Positions 1-8,846 of a stretch of 59,440 nt of DNA are shown here, one piece after another. The first letter of the stretch is position 1; the number at the start of each line of letters is the position of its first letter. This DNA comes from Candidatus Amesbacteria bacterium. GTDB taxonomy: Bacteria; Patescibacteriota; Microgenomatia; CAZETR01; Amesbacteraceae. Position numbers and translations under genes: made by a program. The stretch lies in contig DAHWUD010000001.1 of the NCBI GenBank assembly GCA_027331445.1, positions 109,157 to 168,596 on the forward strand, in the 5' to 3' direction. A model generated the notes under the pieces. It did not search any database. It was given only the letters and a program-made list of their open reading frames with translations, and was not told the origin of the DNA.

Positions 1-1029
1 GCTCCGCTTTACACCTCCGTTTACGATTCCGCCGGCGCTGCCTGGGCCTCGGTTTTTCCGCAGGTCATACCCTCGTTTTTACAGAAATTTCCGTTTGCCA
101 AAAGCAACCGTGAATTTTATCCCTGGCTGACCCCGCTAGCCTTTGAATCCTTTGATTTTCGCGGCTTTGACGTGGTCATTTCCGTTTCCAGCGCGGACGC
201 CAAAGGCGTGCTTACCCACCCCGCCACATTCCATTTAAATTACTGTCTTACCCCCACCCGCTATCTCTGGAGCCATCACGATCTGTATCGCCGGCAGCTG
301 GGACAGGCTCTGGGACTGCTTTCCCGCCCGGTATTCGGCTATCTCAAAAAATGGGACCTGGTCGCTTCCCACCGCCCCGATGCTATAGTCTCCATTTCCC
401 AAACCGTGAGCGACCGGGTCAAAACCTTCTACGGTCTCGATTCCCCGGTGGTTTACCCTCCGGTGAATATTTCCGATTTCTCCTCGCCGGTTCCGCCACC
501 CCCCGGTTTATCCGACTTTTTTCTTTACCTGGGTCGCCTGGTACTGTACAAACGCCCGGATCTCGTAATTCAGGTCTTTAATCAATTAAACTACCCGCTG
601 GTGGTGGCCGGTACTGGCCGGGCGGAGTCCAAACTAAGGCGCCTCGCCGCCCCGCACATTCATTTTACCGGCTTTGTGACTCCGGCCCAAAAACTTAGTT
701 TGCTGCAGCATTGCCGGGCTTTGATTTTCTTTCACGAAGAAGATTTTGGTCTCGTCTCCGTTGAAGCCCAGGCCGCCGGCCGGCCCGTAATTGCTTTAAA
801 TCGGGGCGGAGCCGCGGAAACCGTTGTCCCCGGTCAAACCGGTATTCTGATTGACGACTCTTCACCACAGGCCTTGGCCGCCGCGGTTGGCAGTTTCAAT
901 CCGGCTCAATTTTCCCCTGAACTTATCCGCTCGCATGCCCAAAAGTTCTCCCGGACGCGTTTTCAGGCAGAATTTGTTAAAATATTCACATCTCAATGGA
1001 AGAAATACAAAAACACCTCTTCGTTTTGA
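1..1029 (+). CDS. Glycosyltransferase family 4 (GT-B), 5'-partial; frame is open from position 1
   Basis: Frame 1 is open from base 1 (APLYTSVYD...FESFDFRGFDVVISVSS) into the ORF-track 172..1029 ORF. GT4 motifs YLGRLVLYKRPDL and EDFGLVSVEAQAAGRPVIA. Confidence 0.9.
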   Translation, partial: APLYTSVYDSAGAAWASVFPQVIPSFLQKFPFAKSNREFYPWLTPLAFESFDFRGFDVVISVSSADAKGVLTHPATFHLNYCLTPTRYLWSHHDLYRRQLGQALGLLSRPVFGYLKKWDLVASHRPDAIVSISQTVSDRVKTFYGLDSPVVYPPVNISDFSSPVPPPPGLSDFFLYLGRLVLYKRPDLVIQVFNQLNYPLVVAGTGRAESKLRRLAAPHIHFTGFVTPAQKLSLLQHCRALIFFHEEDFGLVSVEAQAAGRPVIALNRGGAAETVVPGQTGILIDDSSPQALAAAVGSFNPAQFSPELIRSHAQKFSRTRFQAEFVKIFTSQWKKYKNTSSF

Positions 1030-2099
1030 TCCCCGCGGGCGGCGGCGGCACCCGGCTCTGGCCGCTGTCACGGGAGGCTTCCCCCAAGCAGTTTATGGAT
1101 ATTTTTGGGGGGCAGACCTTGTTTCAGCACGCCCTGGAGCGGGCTTTACTGCTCACTTCTCCCGACCGGGTCTTTATTATCACCTCTCAGAAATACTTTA
1201 AGACCGTTCATGCCCAGGCCAAACGCGTGCCCGCCGAGAATATTATCTGTGAACCCATGCGCCGTGACACCGCCCTGGCCGAAGGCGTCGGCGCCGTTTA
1301 TATTCACAAGCGTGATCCCGAGGCCGTCATCTGCAATTTTGCCGCCGATCAGCTGATTACGCCTATTTCCAACTTTACCCGGCAAATGCTGTTTGCCGCC
1401 AAGGTCGCCAAGGCTACCGGGCTGGTGACCGCCATCGGCATTATTCCCGATCGTCCCCATACCGGCCTGGGGCATATGCGGGCCAGGAAACCGCTCAATG
1501 GTTATGACGACGAAGTCCTGGTTGGGGAGAAATTTGTGGAAAAACCCCCTTTGGAAGTGGCCGAAAAGTACACCGAAAGCGGCGAGTACTTCTGGAACGC
1601 CCATCTGTTGGTTTGGAAAGCTGACGTCTTTTTAAGCCTGTTAAAAAAACACGCGCCCAAAACTTATGCCTTGTTGCCCAAACTCGAAGACGCCCTGGAT
1701 ACGGATAAGGAAAAATCAGTTTTGCAGCTGGTCTACCAAATGGCTCCGACTCTGGCCACCGATTACGCCGTACTGGAAAAACTTACCAAATTTGCCTGTA
1801 TTTCAGCTAAATTTACCTGGTCAGACGTAGGGGACTGGGATGAGGCCGCCAAACACCTGCGGCGCGACTCCCAGGGTAATACCATCTTGGCCGCCAAAGG
1901 CCGGGGCCAATTGGTGGCCGTCAACTCCCAAAACAACTTATTCATTTTAGATAAACAGCTCATCGCCCTGGTCGATATTCGGGATCTGGTCATTGTCGAT
2001 ACTCCCGATGCCCTGCTCATCTGTCCCAAAAAGTCAGCCCAGTCCGTCAAAAAGATTGTCCAACTCCTGAAAGAGCAAGACTTGACTAAATATTTATAG
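996..2099 (+). CDS. manC: Mannose-1-phosphate guanylyltransferase (no cupin/PMI domain)
   Basis: IPAGGGGTRLWPLSREASPKQF, EPMRRDT, FVEKP, WSDVGDW and a C-terminal LVIVDTPDALLI beta-helix segment. Confidence 0.9.
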   Translation: MEEIQKHLFVLIPAGGGGTRLWPLSREASPKQFMDIFGGQTLFQHALERALLLTSPDRVFIITSQKYFKTVHAQAKRVPAENIICEPMRRDTALAEGVGAVYIHKRDPEAVICNFAADQLITPISNFTRQMLFAAKVAKATGLVTAIGIIPDRPHTGLGHMRARKPLNGYDDEVLVGEKFVEKPPLEVAEKYTESGEYFWNAHLLVWKADVFLSLLKKHAPKTYALLPKLEDALDTDKEKSVLQLVYQMAPTLATDYAVLEKLTKFACISAKFTWSDVGDWDEAAKHLRRDSQGNTILAAKGRGQLVAVNSQNNLFILDKQLIALVDIRDLVIVDTPDALLICPKKSAQSVKKIVQLLKEQDLTKYL

Positions 2100-2207
2100 C
2101 TGTCATACCCGATTAATAGTATTATGACAGATATATACACACCGAAATGCGTTTTACGCACATCGATTAACATTATGATGGGTATATAAACTTTTTAAAT
2201 ATAGGCT

Positions 2208-2855
2208 GTGTTTTACAATTACACCAAACGGGCTATCGACATTCTGGTCGCAGCCATCGGCACCGTTATTTTTTTTCCCATCGGAATTTTTGTTGCCCTG
2301 GCCATCAAAAGCGAATCTCCGGCCGGCCCGGTTTTTGTTGAGTCTTCAGACCGGGTTGGCCAAAACGGTCAGACTTTTCGCCTCCTGAAATTTCGTTCCA
2401 TGATTCCCAATGCCCGTTATCTGCAGTTTCATGACCCCAACTTAAAAAAATATCTGGCCGAGTTCAAAAAAAACAGTTACAAGCTGGAAAACGATCCCCT
2501 GCGCACTCATGTGGGCAAGTTTATCGTCAAGTATTCGCTAGATGAAACCCCGCAGTTTCTAAATGTATTAAAGGGAGAAATGAGCATCGTCGGCCCCCGG
2601 CCCTACTACCCCGATGAGTTGGAAGAACAGCGTCTTAAATATCCGCATGTGAAATCGCTCATCACCACGGCATTGTCCGTCAAGCCCGGTATCACCGGGG
2701 AATGGCAGGTCGGCGGGAGAAGCCAGATTAATTTTGATAAACGCATTGAAATGGACGCCCACTATGCCACCCGTAAATCCTTATGGTATGATTTAGAAAT
2801 ATTATTTAAAACCCCGTTTGTCATGCTTTCCGGCAAGGGCAGCGGGGTTAAATAA
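2208..2855 (+). CDS. Priming sugar transferase (Bac_transf domain, WcaJ/CpsE-like C-terminal domain)
   Basis: KRAIDI, RVGQNGQTFRLLKFRSM, SLDETPQFLNVLKGEMSIVGPRP, VKPGITG, D..Y motifs. GTG start. Confidence 0.92.
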   Translation: MFYNYTKRAIDILVAAIGTVIFFPIGIFVALAIKSESPAGPVFVESSDRVGQNGQTFRLLKFRSMIPNARYLQFHDPNLKKYLAEFKKNSYKLENDPLRTHVGKFIVKYSLDETPQFLNVLKGEMSIVGPRPYYPDELEEQRLKYPHVKSLITTALSVKPGITGEWQVGGRSQINFDKRIEMDAHYATRKSLWYDLEILFKTPFVMLSGKGSGVK

Positions 2856-2860
2856 CCGTC

Positions 2861-4834
2861 ATGCCGCCCGATCGTCAACAGCCCCTTGTCCGCACCTTTT
2901 CCCAGCCGCCTCTTGACCTGGGTAAACTGCCCCGGCATAATGTGGCGTCTCCGATCATGAAAATCCTCACCGGGATCCTTATTGCCATCGTTGCCCTGGG
3001 TCTTCTGGGCTATATTTTTATCTTCCTTCCGGCCAAAGGCGTGTACACCGCCGTCAAGCAATTACAGGCCTCGGCTACCCAGGTGACCGTCTATATCAAA
3101 AATCAGGATTTGGCCGGTACCCAAAAGCAGCTGGGACAGGTCAAATCCAATTTGGCCAACGTCAGCCAAAAGCTTAAGCCGCTGGCCTGGACCCAGATCT
3201 TGCCTTTTGTCGGCCATTATTACCGGGATGCCAACCATGCCGTAAATGCCGGTACCGAAGTGCTGGCCGCCGGCGACGTGACTATCAATGCCATTGCCCC
3301 CTACGCCGACATTATTGGTCTAAAGGGCTTAGCGACCACCGGCAATGGGGAAAAGACAGCCCAGGACCGGATTAATTTTATTATCAATACCCTGGACAAA
3401 ATTAAGCCCCAATTGACCGATATTGGCAACCACCTGGAAGCCGCTCGCAAGGAAATGGATCAGATCGACCCCGCTGGCTACCCCGAAACTTTCCGCGGCG
3501 TCAAAGTCCGCGAGAACCTCACGACCGCTATCTCCCTTCTGGATCAGGCCACTTCCCTGGTGACCGATGCCAAACCGCTTTTAGAGTCGGCTCCCTACAT
3601 GCTGGGCTTGGATTCGCCGCGGACCTACCTGGTAATTTTCCAAAACGACGCCGAGCTGCGCCCCACCGGCGGCTTCATGACCGCTTACGCCATTATTTCG
3701 GTTAATAAGGGCAAGATTTCTACTCTCGACTCCGGTGATATTTATTCATTGGATGCCAAATTCAATAGCCAGATTCCCGCTCCCGACCCGATTATCAAGT
3801 ATTTGCCCAAAGTCCCGTATTGGAATCTGCGTGACATGAATCTATCACCCGACTTCAAAGTTTCTATGGACCAGTTCTACCCCAATTATCTCAAGACTGG
3901 TTCCCAAAAAGTTGACGGCATTATCGCCATTGATACCCAGGTTCTGGTAGACCTTCTCAAAGTCACAGGCCCCATCGGCGTTTCCGGGATCGGCAATTTT
4001 TCCGCCGATATCTATCCCCCCTGCAATTGTCCCCAGGTCTTTTATGCCCTGGAAGCTTTTGCCGACATCGAGGGCCCCGTAGTCTGGGATTCCGTCACCG
4101 GCCAGGTCATTGTCAAACCCCAAAACTACGGCCAGCGAAAATCTTTCATCGGCCCCATGATGTATTCCGTTTTGAGTAACGTTATGGCCCAGCCCAAGTC
4201 CAAAATGGGCCTCCTGTTCCAGTCCGCCATGGAATTGATCCAGCAAAAACATGTGCAGTTCTACTTTTTAGACCCCAACGCCCAAGCCGCCGCCGAATCG
4301 TTTAACTTGGCCGGCCGGATTGTCCCGGCCCCCCAGGATTATTTGTTGGTCGTCGACACCAACTTTGCCGGAGCCAAAACCAACGCCTGGGTTACCTACA
4401 CCGCCGACCAGAAAATTGACGTGGCCGGAGACGGCACGGTGACCAAAACCTTGACCCTGACTTACAAAAACCCCCAGCAATACTTTACTAACGCCTCCAA
4501 TAGTCTCAAGTTAAATGGCATTTTCCGTGATTGGCTGCGGGTGTACGTCCCTCAGGGCAGCAAATTGGTCAGCGCCGCGGGTTTTGAAACCGGCCAGACT
4601 ACCGGCACTGACCTCGGCAAGACTGTTTTTGAGGGCTTCTTCACCCTGACCCCCCTTAACGTCAAGACCATCACTCTCAAATACACTCTGCCTTTCAAGG
4701 CCAAGTCTCCTTTGAATCTTCTTATTCAAAAGCAGGGAGGTGCCAAGGACTTCCCCTACGACATTACCATTAACGGCCGCAAACAGTCGGAATTAATCCT
4801 CAACTCCGACAAAACTCTCAATCTGGGCTTCTAG
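2861..4834 (+). CDS. DUF4012-like membrane-anchored extracellular protein
   Basis: Single N-terminal TM, helical stalk, YLVIFQNDAELRPTGGF, LRDMNLSPDF, VDGIIAID and DTNFAGAKTN, which I recognise as the DUF4012 pattern. Confidence 0.8.
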   Translation: MPPDRQQPLVRTFSQPPLDLGKLPRHNVASPIMKILTGILIAIVALGLLGYIFIFLPAKGVYTAVKQLQASATQVTVYIKNQDLAGTQKQLGQVKSNLANVSQKLKPLAWTQILPFVGHYYRDANHAVNAGTEVLAAGDVTINAIAPYADIIGLKGLATTGNGEKTAQDRINFIINTLDKIKPQLTDIGNHLEAARKEMDQIDPAGYPETFRGVKVRENLTTAISLLDQATSLVTDAKPLLESAPYMLGLDSPRTYLVIFQNDAELRPTGGFMTAYAIISVNKGKISTLDSGDIYSLDAKFNSQIPAPDPIIKYLPKVPYWNLRDMNLSPDFKVSMDQFYPNYLKTGSQKVDGIIAIDTQVLVDLLKVTGPIGVSGIGNFSADIYPPCNCPQVFYALEAFADIEGPVVWDSVTGQVIVKPQNYGQRKSFIGPMMYSVLSNVMAQPKSKMGLLFQSAMELIQQKHVQFYFLDPNAQAAAESFNLAGRIVPAPQDYLLVVDTNFAGAKTNAWVTYTADQKIDVAGDGTVTKTLTLTYKNPQQYFTNASNSLKLNGIFRDWLRVYVPQGSKLVSAAGFETGQTTGTDLGKTVFEGFFTLTPLNVKTITLKYTLPFKAKSPLNLLIQKQGGAKDFPYDITINGRKQSELILNSDKTLNLGF

Positions 4835-4836
4835 CC

Positions 4837-5385
4837 ATGACTGGTTATTCCTTCGTTGGCGTTGTGATCAAACGGCATAATTTGGGCGAAACTGACAAGC
4901 TGGTCACTTTTTTCACTTCCGAATTTGGCAAAATCACCCTGGTGGCCAAAGGCCTCCGCCGTCTGTCCTCCAAACGCGCCGCCAGTTTGGAATTGTTTAA
5001 CTTGGTCAAAGGTCACGCCGTGCAGGGCAGAGGATCATTGGATACTTTGACCGAAGTGGTTTTAATCAGATCCCCGCATGCCTGGCGCAAATATTTGGGC
5101 CGGATCGCCCTGGGTTATGAGCTCTGTGAGGTAGTCGATAAGCTCACCGCCGAGCACCAGCCTTTTCCCGCCACCTACCGCATCCTGGTTTCTAGCCTGA
5201 CCACCATCGGCTCGCTGGGTGACGATTGGCGTCGGGAATTTGACGCCTGGCTGGTGGACATTCTTAGAGATTTGGGTTATTGGCCCAAAGGCAGCGCTTT
5301 CACCGGCGATGTCATTACCTTTATTGAATCCATCTCCGAGCGCCGCCTCCACTCCCCCCGCCTACTAAAAAAGTTGGCCCAATGA
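4837..5385 (+). CDS. recO: DNA repair protein RecO
   Basis: GVVIKRHNLGETDKLVTFFTSEFGKITLVAKGLRR OB-fold start. recO-glyQS synteny. Confidence 0.9.
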   Translation: MTGYSFVGVVIKRHNLGETDKLVTFFTSEFGKITLVAKGLRRLSSKRAASLELFNLVKGHAVQGRGSLDTLTEVVLIRSPHAWRKYLGRIALGYELCEVVDKLTAEHQPFPATYRILVSSLTTIGSLGDDWRREFDAWLVDILRDLGYWPKGSAFTGDVITFIESISERRLHSPRLLKKLAQ

Positions 5386-5397
5386 TAGAATCAACGC

Positions 5398-6651
5398 ATG
5401 GACCCGACGGAAAAAATTGTCTCACTGACTAAGCGCAGGGGCTTTATCTATCCCGGTTCGGAGATCTATGGTGGTGTCGGCGGCATTTACGACTACGGCC
5501 CATTGGGTGTACTCATGAAAAATAACCTGAAGCAGCTTTGGTGGCAGTGGATGACTTTGGATCACGAAGATATCGTCGGCATCGACGGCGCCATTATTAC
5601 TCACCCTAAAGTCTGGGCAGCCAGCGGTCACGTTAAGGGATTTGTCGACCCTCTGACCGAATGCAAAAAATGCCACCACCGGTTTAAGGCTGATGATATC
5701 GACGGCCAAATCTGTCCCGACTGCGGCGGCGAACTGACCGCACCCAAAAATTTTAACACGCTCGTGCCTACGGAATTAGGAGTAATTGAGGAAGAAAAAG
5801 TCAAAACTTATCTGCGGGGCGAAGCCTGCCAGACCATTTACCTGAACTTCAAAAACGTGGTCGACTCTACTCGGGTCAAGCTCCCTTTCGGCATTGTTCA
5901 GATCGGTAAAGCTTTCCGAAATGAAGTCACTTTCGGAAATTTTATTTTCCGCCTGCGCGAGTTTGAGCAGTGGGACCTCCAGTGGTTTACTCGTCCGGAG
6001 GATATGGCTAAGTGGTATGACTACTGGAAGCAGGCCCGCATGGATTGGTATTCGTCGTTATTTAACCATCCCGAAAACTTAAGCTTCCACCAACACGAAA
6101 AATTAGCCTTTTATGCCCAAAAGGCCTTTGATATTCAATACCAGGGTCGGGAGATGGAAGGTATCCACTGGCGTTCGGATTGGGATTTGGGTCGGCATAG
6201 CCAGTTTAGTGGTCAGGACCTGACCTTTGAAGGCCTTATTCCCCACATCGTTGAGACCTCGGGCGGGGTTGACCGTTGCTTCCTGTTTCTGCTTTTGGAT
6301 GCCTATGCCGAAGAAGGGGAGCGGGTGATTCTCAAACTTCACCCCCGGATTGCTCCCGTCAAAGTTGCCGTCTTCCCGCTTCTGGCCAATAAGCCCGATT
6401 TGGTCGCAAAGGCTCGGGATATCTATAGACATCTTAAAACTCAGCTTCACCTCAGCACCATTTGGGATGATCGCGGCAATATCGGCAAGCGCTATTATGC
6501 CCAGGATGAAATCGGCACTCCCTGGTGCGTCACTGTGGATTTTCAGACCCTGGAAGATCACACGGTCACCATCCGTGATCGCGATTCCGCCTCCCAGATC
6601 CGTCTTCCCGCAGCCGAGCTTGACACTTATTTCACCAACCGTTTAAAGTAA
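5398..6651 (+). CDS. glyQS: Glycine--tRNA ligase, alpha2 (eukaryote/archaea-like) type
   Basis: KRRGFIYPGSEIYGG, YDYGPLG, LRGEACQ, QIGKAFRNE, FRLREFEQ, IGKRYYAQDEIGTPWCVTVD. Confidence 0.95.
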   Translation: MDPTEKIVSLTKRRGFIYPGSEIYGGVGGIYDYGPLGVLMKNNLKQLWWQWMTLDHEDIVGIDGAIITHPKVWAASGHVKGFVDPLTECKKCHHRFKADDIDGQICPDCGGELTAPKNFNTLVPTELGVIEEEKVKTYLRGEACQTIYLNFKNVVDSTRVKLPFGIVQIGKAFRNEVTFGNFIFRLREFEQWDLQWFTRPEDMAKWYDYWKQARMDWYSSLFNHPENLSFHQHEKLAFYAQKAFDIQYQGREMEGIHWRSDWDLGRHSQFSGQDLTFEGLIPHIVETSGGVDRCFLFLLLDAYAEEGERVILKLHPRIAPVKVAVFPLLANKPDLVAKARDIYRHLKTQLHLSTIWDDRGNIGKRYYAQDEIGTPWCVTVDFQTLEDHTVTIRDRDSASQIRLPAAELDTYFTNRLK

Positions 6652-6660
6652 CCTTAATCC

Positions 6661-7164
6661 ATGAAATCCAAGCTCACTATCGTGGTCATCATCCTGGTCG
6701 TGCTCATCGGTATCGGAATTGCCGCCGTAGTGAAGTTTGCCAAATCCTCTTTAAATACCCCGGTTCCCACCCCCACCCCGCTGCCAGAAGCCGTTCAATT
6801 GACTCCCGACCAGGCGCCCAAAGTCAGTCTTACCTTTACCGCCGACGCCCACTACGTCACCGTCAACATCACCAATCTGCACGCCGCCGCCCTGGAATAC
6901 GATTTGATCTATAACGCTGTCGTCAAGAATAACCAGATCAATACCGGCGTCAACGCCTCGGCCAAAATCGCCGGCCAATCCACTTATTCGCAGCAGCAGC
7001 TGTTAGGTAGTGAAAGCAGCGGCCACTTCACCTACCACACCAATATCACCGGCGCCACCATGGATCTGACTCTGCGAGATTCGGCCGGCCGCAGTATCTT
7101 TCAAGCCACTTACCCCTTCACCGTCACCGCCGGCGCCACCACCCCCCTCACAGCCTCCCAATAA
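6661..7164 (+). CDS. Hypothetical single-pass membrane protein with PTPTP linker and extracellular beta-rich domain
   Basis: 167-aa ORF filling the gap. Basic N-terminus, one TM, TPVPTPTP linker. Confidence 0.7.
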   Translation: MKSKLTIVVIILVVLIGIGIAAVVKFAKSSLNTPVPTPTPLPEAVQLTPDQAPKVSLTFTADAHYVTVNITNLHAAALEYDLIYNAVVKNNQINTGVNASAKIAGQSTYSQQQLLGSESSGHFTYHTNITGATMDLTLRDSAGRSIFQATYPFTVTAGATTPLTASQ

Positions 7165-7211
7165 ACTTTTGGTTCTACCCCCACCTCCAGCTTCTTCGCG
7201 TATTTTTTGTC

Positions 7212-7240
7212 TTGACACGCTCGTGAAAAGGGATCATAGT
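7212..7240 (+). promoter_or_regulatory. Sigma70-type promoter of the mraZ/dcw operon
   Basis: TTGACA (7212-7217), 17 nt spacer, CATAGT (7235-7240). Confidence 0.7.
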
Positions 7241-7264
7241 GGTACGTAGTGGTAAAAAGTGGTA
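7238..7264 (+). promoter_or_regulatory. MraZ operator: three AGTGGTA direct repeats with 10-bp period
   Basis: AGTGGTA at 7238, 7248 and 7258. GTGG cores 6 nt apart, as in known MraZ boxes, directly upstream of mraZ. Confidence 0.85.
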
Positions 7265-7271
7265 AATAAAT

Positions 7272-7703
7272 ATGTTTATAGGTCAGTTTGCTCATCACCT
7301 GGAAGAAAAAGGCCGCCTGTCCGTGCCCAAAAAATTCCGCTCCCAATTAACCGCCGGGGCCGTTCTTGCCCAGGGACTGGACGGTTGTCTGTTTCTTTAT
7401 CCGGCTGATGCCTGGTCGGAATTGGTGGCCAAACTTTCCTCCTTGCCCCTCACCCGGTCCGACGCCCGCAATTTCACCAGAAGTTTGAGTTTTGGTGCTA
7501 CCGAAGCCGAAATTGACCGTCTGGGCCGCATCCTGATTCCCGATTACCTGCGCCAATTTGCCGGTCTTAAAAGCGACTGTGTCGTTGCCGGGGCCGTGGA
7601 CCGCATCGAAATCTGGGACGCCAATAAATTTGCTGATTACACCGCCCAAATTAATTCCCGGGCCGAGGAGATTGCCGAAAAGCTGTCCTCGGAGGGGATT
7701 TAA
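7272..7703 (+). CDS. mraZ: Transcriptional regulator MraZ
   Basis: MFIGQFAHHLEEKGRLSVP, GLDGCLFLYP, IDRLGRILIP, GAVDRIEIW. Confidence 0.96.
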   Translation: MFIGQFAHHLEEKGRLSVPKKFRSQLTAGAVLAQGLDGCLFLYPADAWSELVAKLSSLPLTRSDARNFTRSLSFGATEAEIDRLGRILIPDYLRQFAGLKSDCVVAGAVDRIEIWDANKFADYTAQINSRAEEIAEKLSSEGI

Positions 7704-7704
7704 T

Positions 7705-8571
7705 ATGAGCGGGTTTCACACGCCAGTACTTTTACAATCAGTTTGCACTTTGCTAAACGTACAGCCGGGCCGCAAATATGTGGATGCGACTCTGGGCGGC
7801 GGCGGTCACACCGCTGCCATCGTTGAATTGGGCGGCCGCGTTTTGGGCCTGGATCAGGATCCCGACGCCATCGCCGCTTGCCGGTCCGCCGAAGCCTTTC
7901 AGCCTGCCCTGGCTTCGGCACAGGCGGACCCGCAGCTGGTTCTCGTCCGGGCCAATTTTATCCATTTATCAAAGGTCGTACAGCAGCACTCCTGGCAGCC
8001 GTTATGGGGGATTTTGCTGGATTTGGGGGTTTCCCTGCATCAGCTGGTTACTCCCCAGCGGGGCTTTTCCTTCCAGTCCGTAGGTCCCCTGGACATGCGC
8101 ATGGATCCGGATCTGCCCAACTCTGCCGCCACTCTGGTCAACGTCTTGACCGTGAAACAGTTAGAGCAGCTCTTCCGGGAGTACGGCGAAGAGCCGGCCG
8201 CAACGGCCGTTGCCCGCCGCATAGTTTCCGCCCGGCCGCTGGCCACTACCGATGAATTGGCCCGCATCTTGACCGATGCTCACCAGCGCCGCCGGGTTTT
8301 TCAAAGCCTGAGGATTGCCGTCAACGATGAACTGGCCGCTTTAAGCGCAGTTTTGCCCCAGGCTTTCGACCTGCTGCACCCCGGCGGCCGTTTAGTCATC
8401 ATTTCTTTTCATTCTCTGGAGGATCGGATTGTCAAAAATCAATTTTCTGCCTGGATCAGATCCGGCCGGGCCGTCTCTTTGACTGATCCGCCCGTCACTC
8501 CGGGTCCGGAAGAAATCTCTGCCAACCCGCATGCCCAAAGTGCCAAACTGCGCTCAATTGAAAAAATATGA
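7705..8571 (+). CDS. rsmH: 16S rRNA m4C1402 methyltransferase RsmH (start re-set to ATG 7705)
   Basis: HTPVLL, DATLGGGGH, DLGVS..QL, RGFSF, PLDMRM, ISFHSLEDRIVK, SAKLR. SD-like GGAGGGG upstream. Confidence 0.95.
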   Translation: MSGFHTPVLLQSVCTLLNVQPGRKYVDATLGGGGHTAAIVELGGRVLGLDQDPDAIAACRSAEAFQPALASAQADPQLVLVRANFIHLSKVVQQHSWQPLWGILLDLGVSLHQLVTPQRGFSFQSVGPLDMRMDPDLPNSAATLVNVLTVKQLEQLFREYGEEPAATAVARRIVSARPLATTDELARILTDAHQRRRVFQSLRIAVNDELAALSAVLPQAFDLLHPGGRLVIISFHSLEDRIVKNQFSAWIRSGRAVSLTDPPVTPGPEEISANPHAQSAKLRSIEKI

Positions 8572-8846
8572 ATACCCGGTTAGTCAAATTTATCATTTTT
8601 ATTAATCTCGTTTTGTTGGTCGGTCAATTTCTCATGACCAGCAGCCGGGCTACCGACGGTGCCCGTCTGGCCGACCTGACTTCACAGCTTTCCTCTCTCA
8701 ACCAGGCCAATCTGGATCTCAAAAACCAGATTTATCATTACAGCTCTATCCCATATATCTACTCGCAGGCCCAATCAGACCAGCTCGCACCCGCCCAGGT
8801 TTCTTATCTTACCCCCCTGCCTGTGGCTTCCGCGGCGCGGCCATGA
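8568..8846 (+). CDS. ftsL: FtsL-like cell division protein
   Basis: Position between rsmH and ftsI. One TM followed by a heptad coiled coil (LADLTSQLSSLNQANLDLKNQI). Confidence 0.55.
   Translation: MNTRLVKFIIFINLVLLVGQFLMTSSRATDGARLADLTSQLSSLNQANLDLKNQIYHYSSIPYIYSQAQSDQLAPAQVSYLTPLPVASAARP

Noticed and set aside
6649-6660. TAACCT 6 nt before ATG 6661 as another leaderless -10
   Set aside because: The TA comes from the glyQS stop codon and the nearby TTGACA is 23 nt away, so it was not counted.
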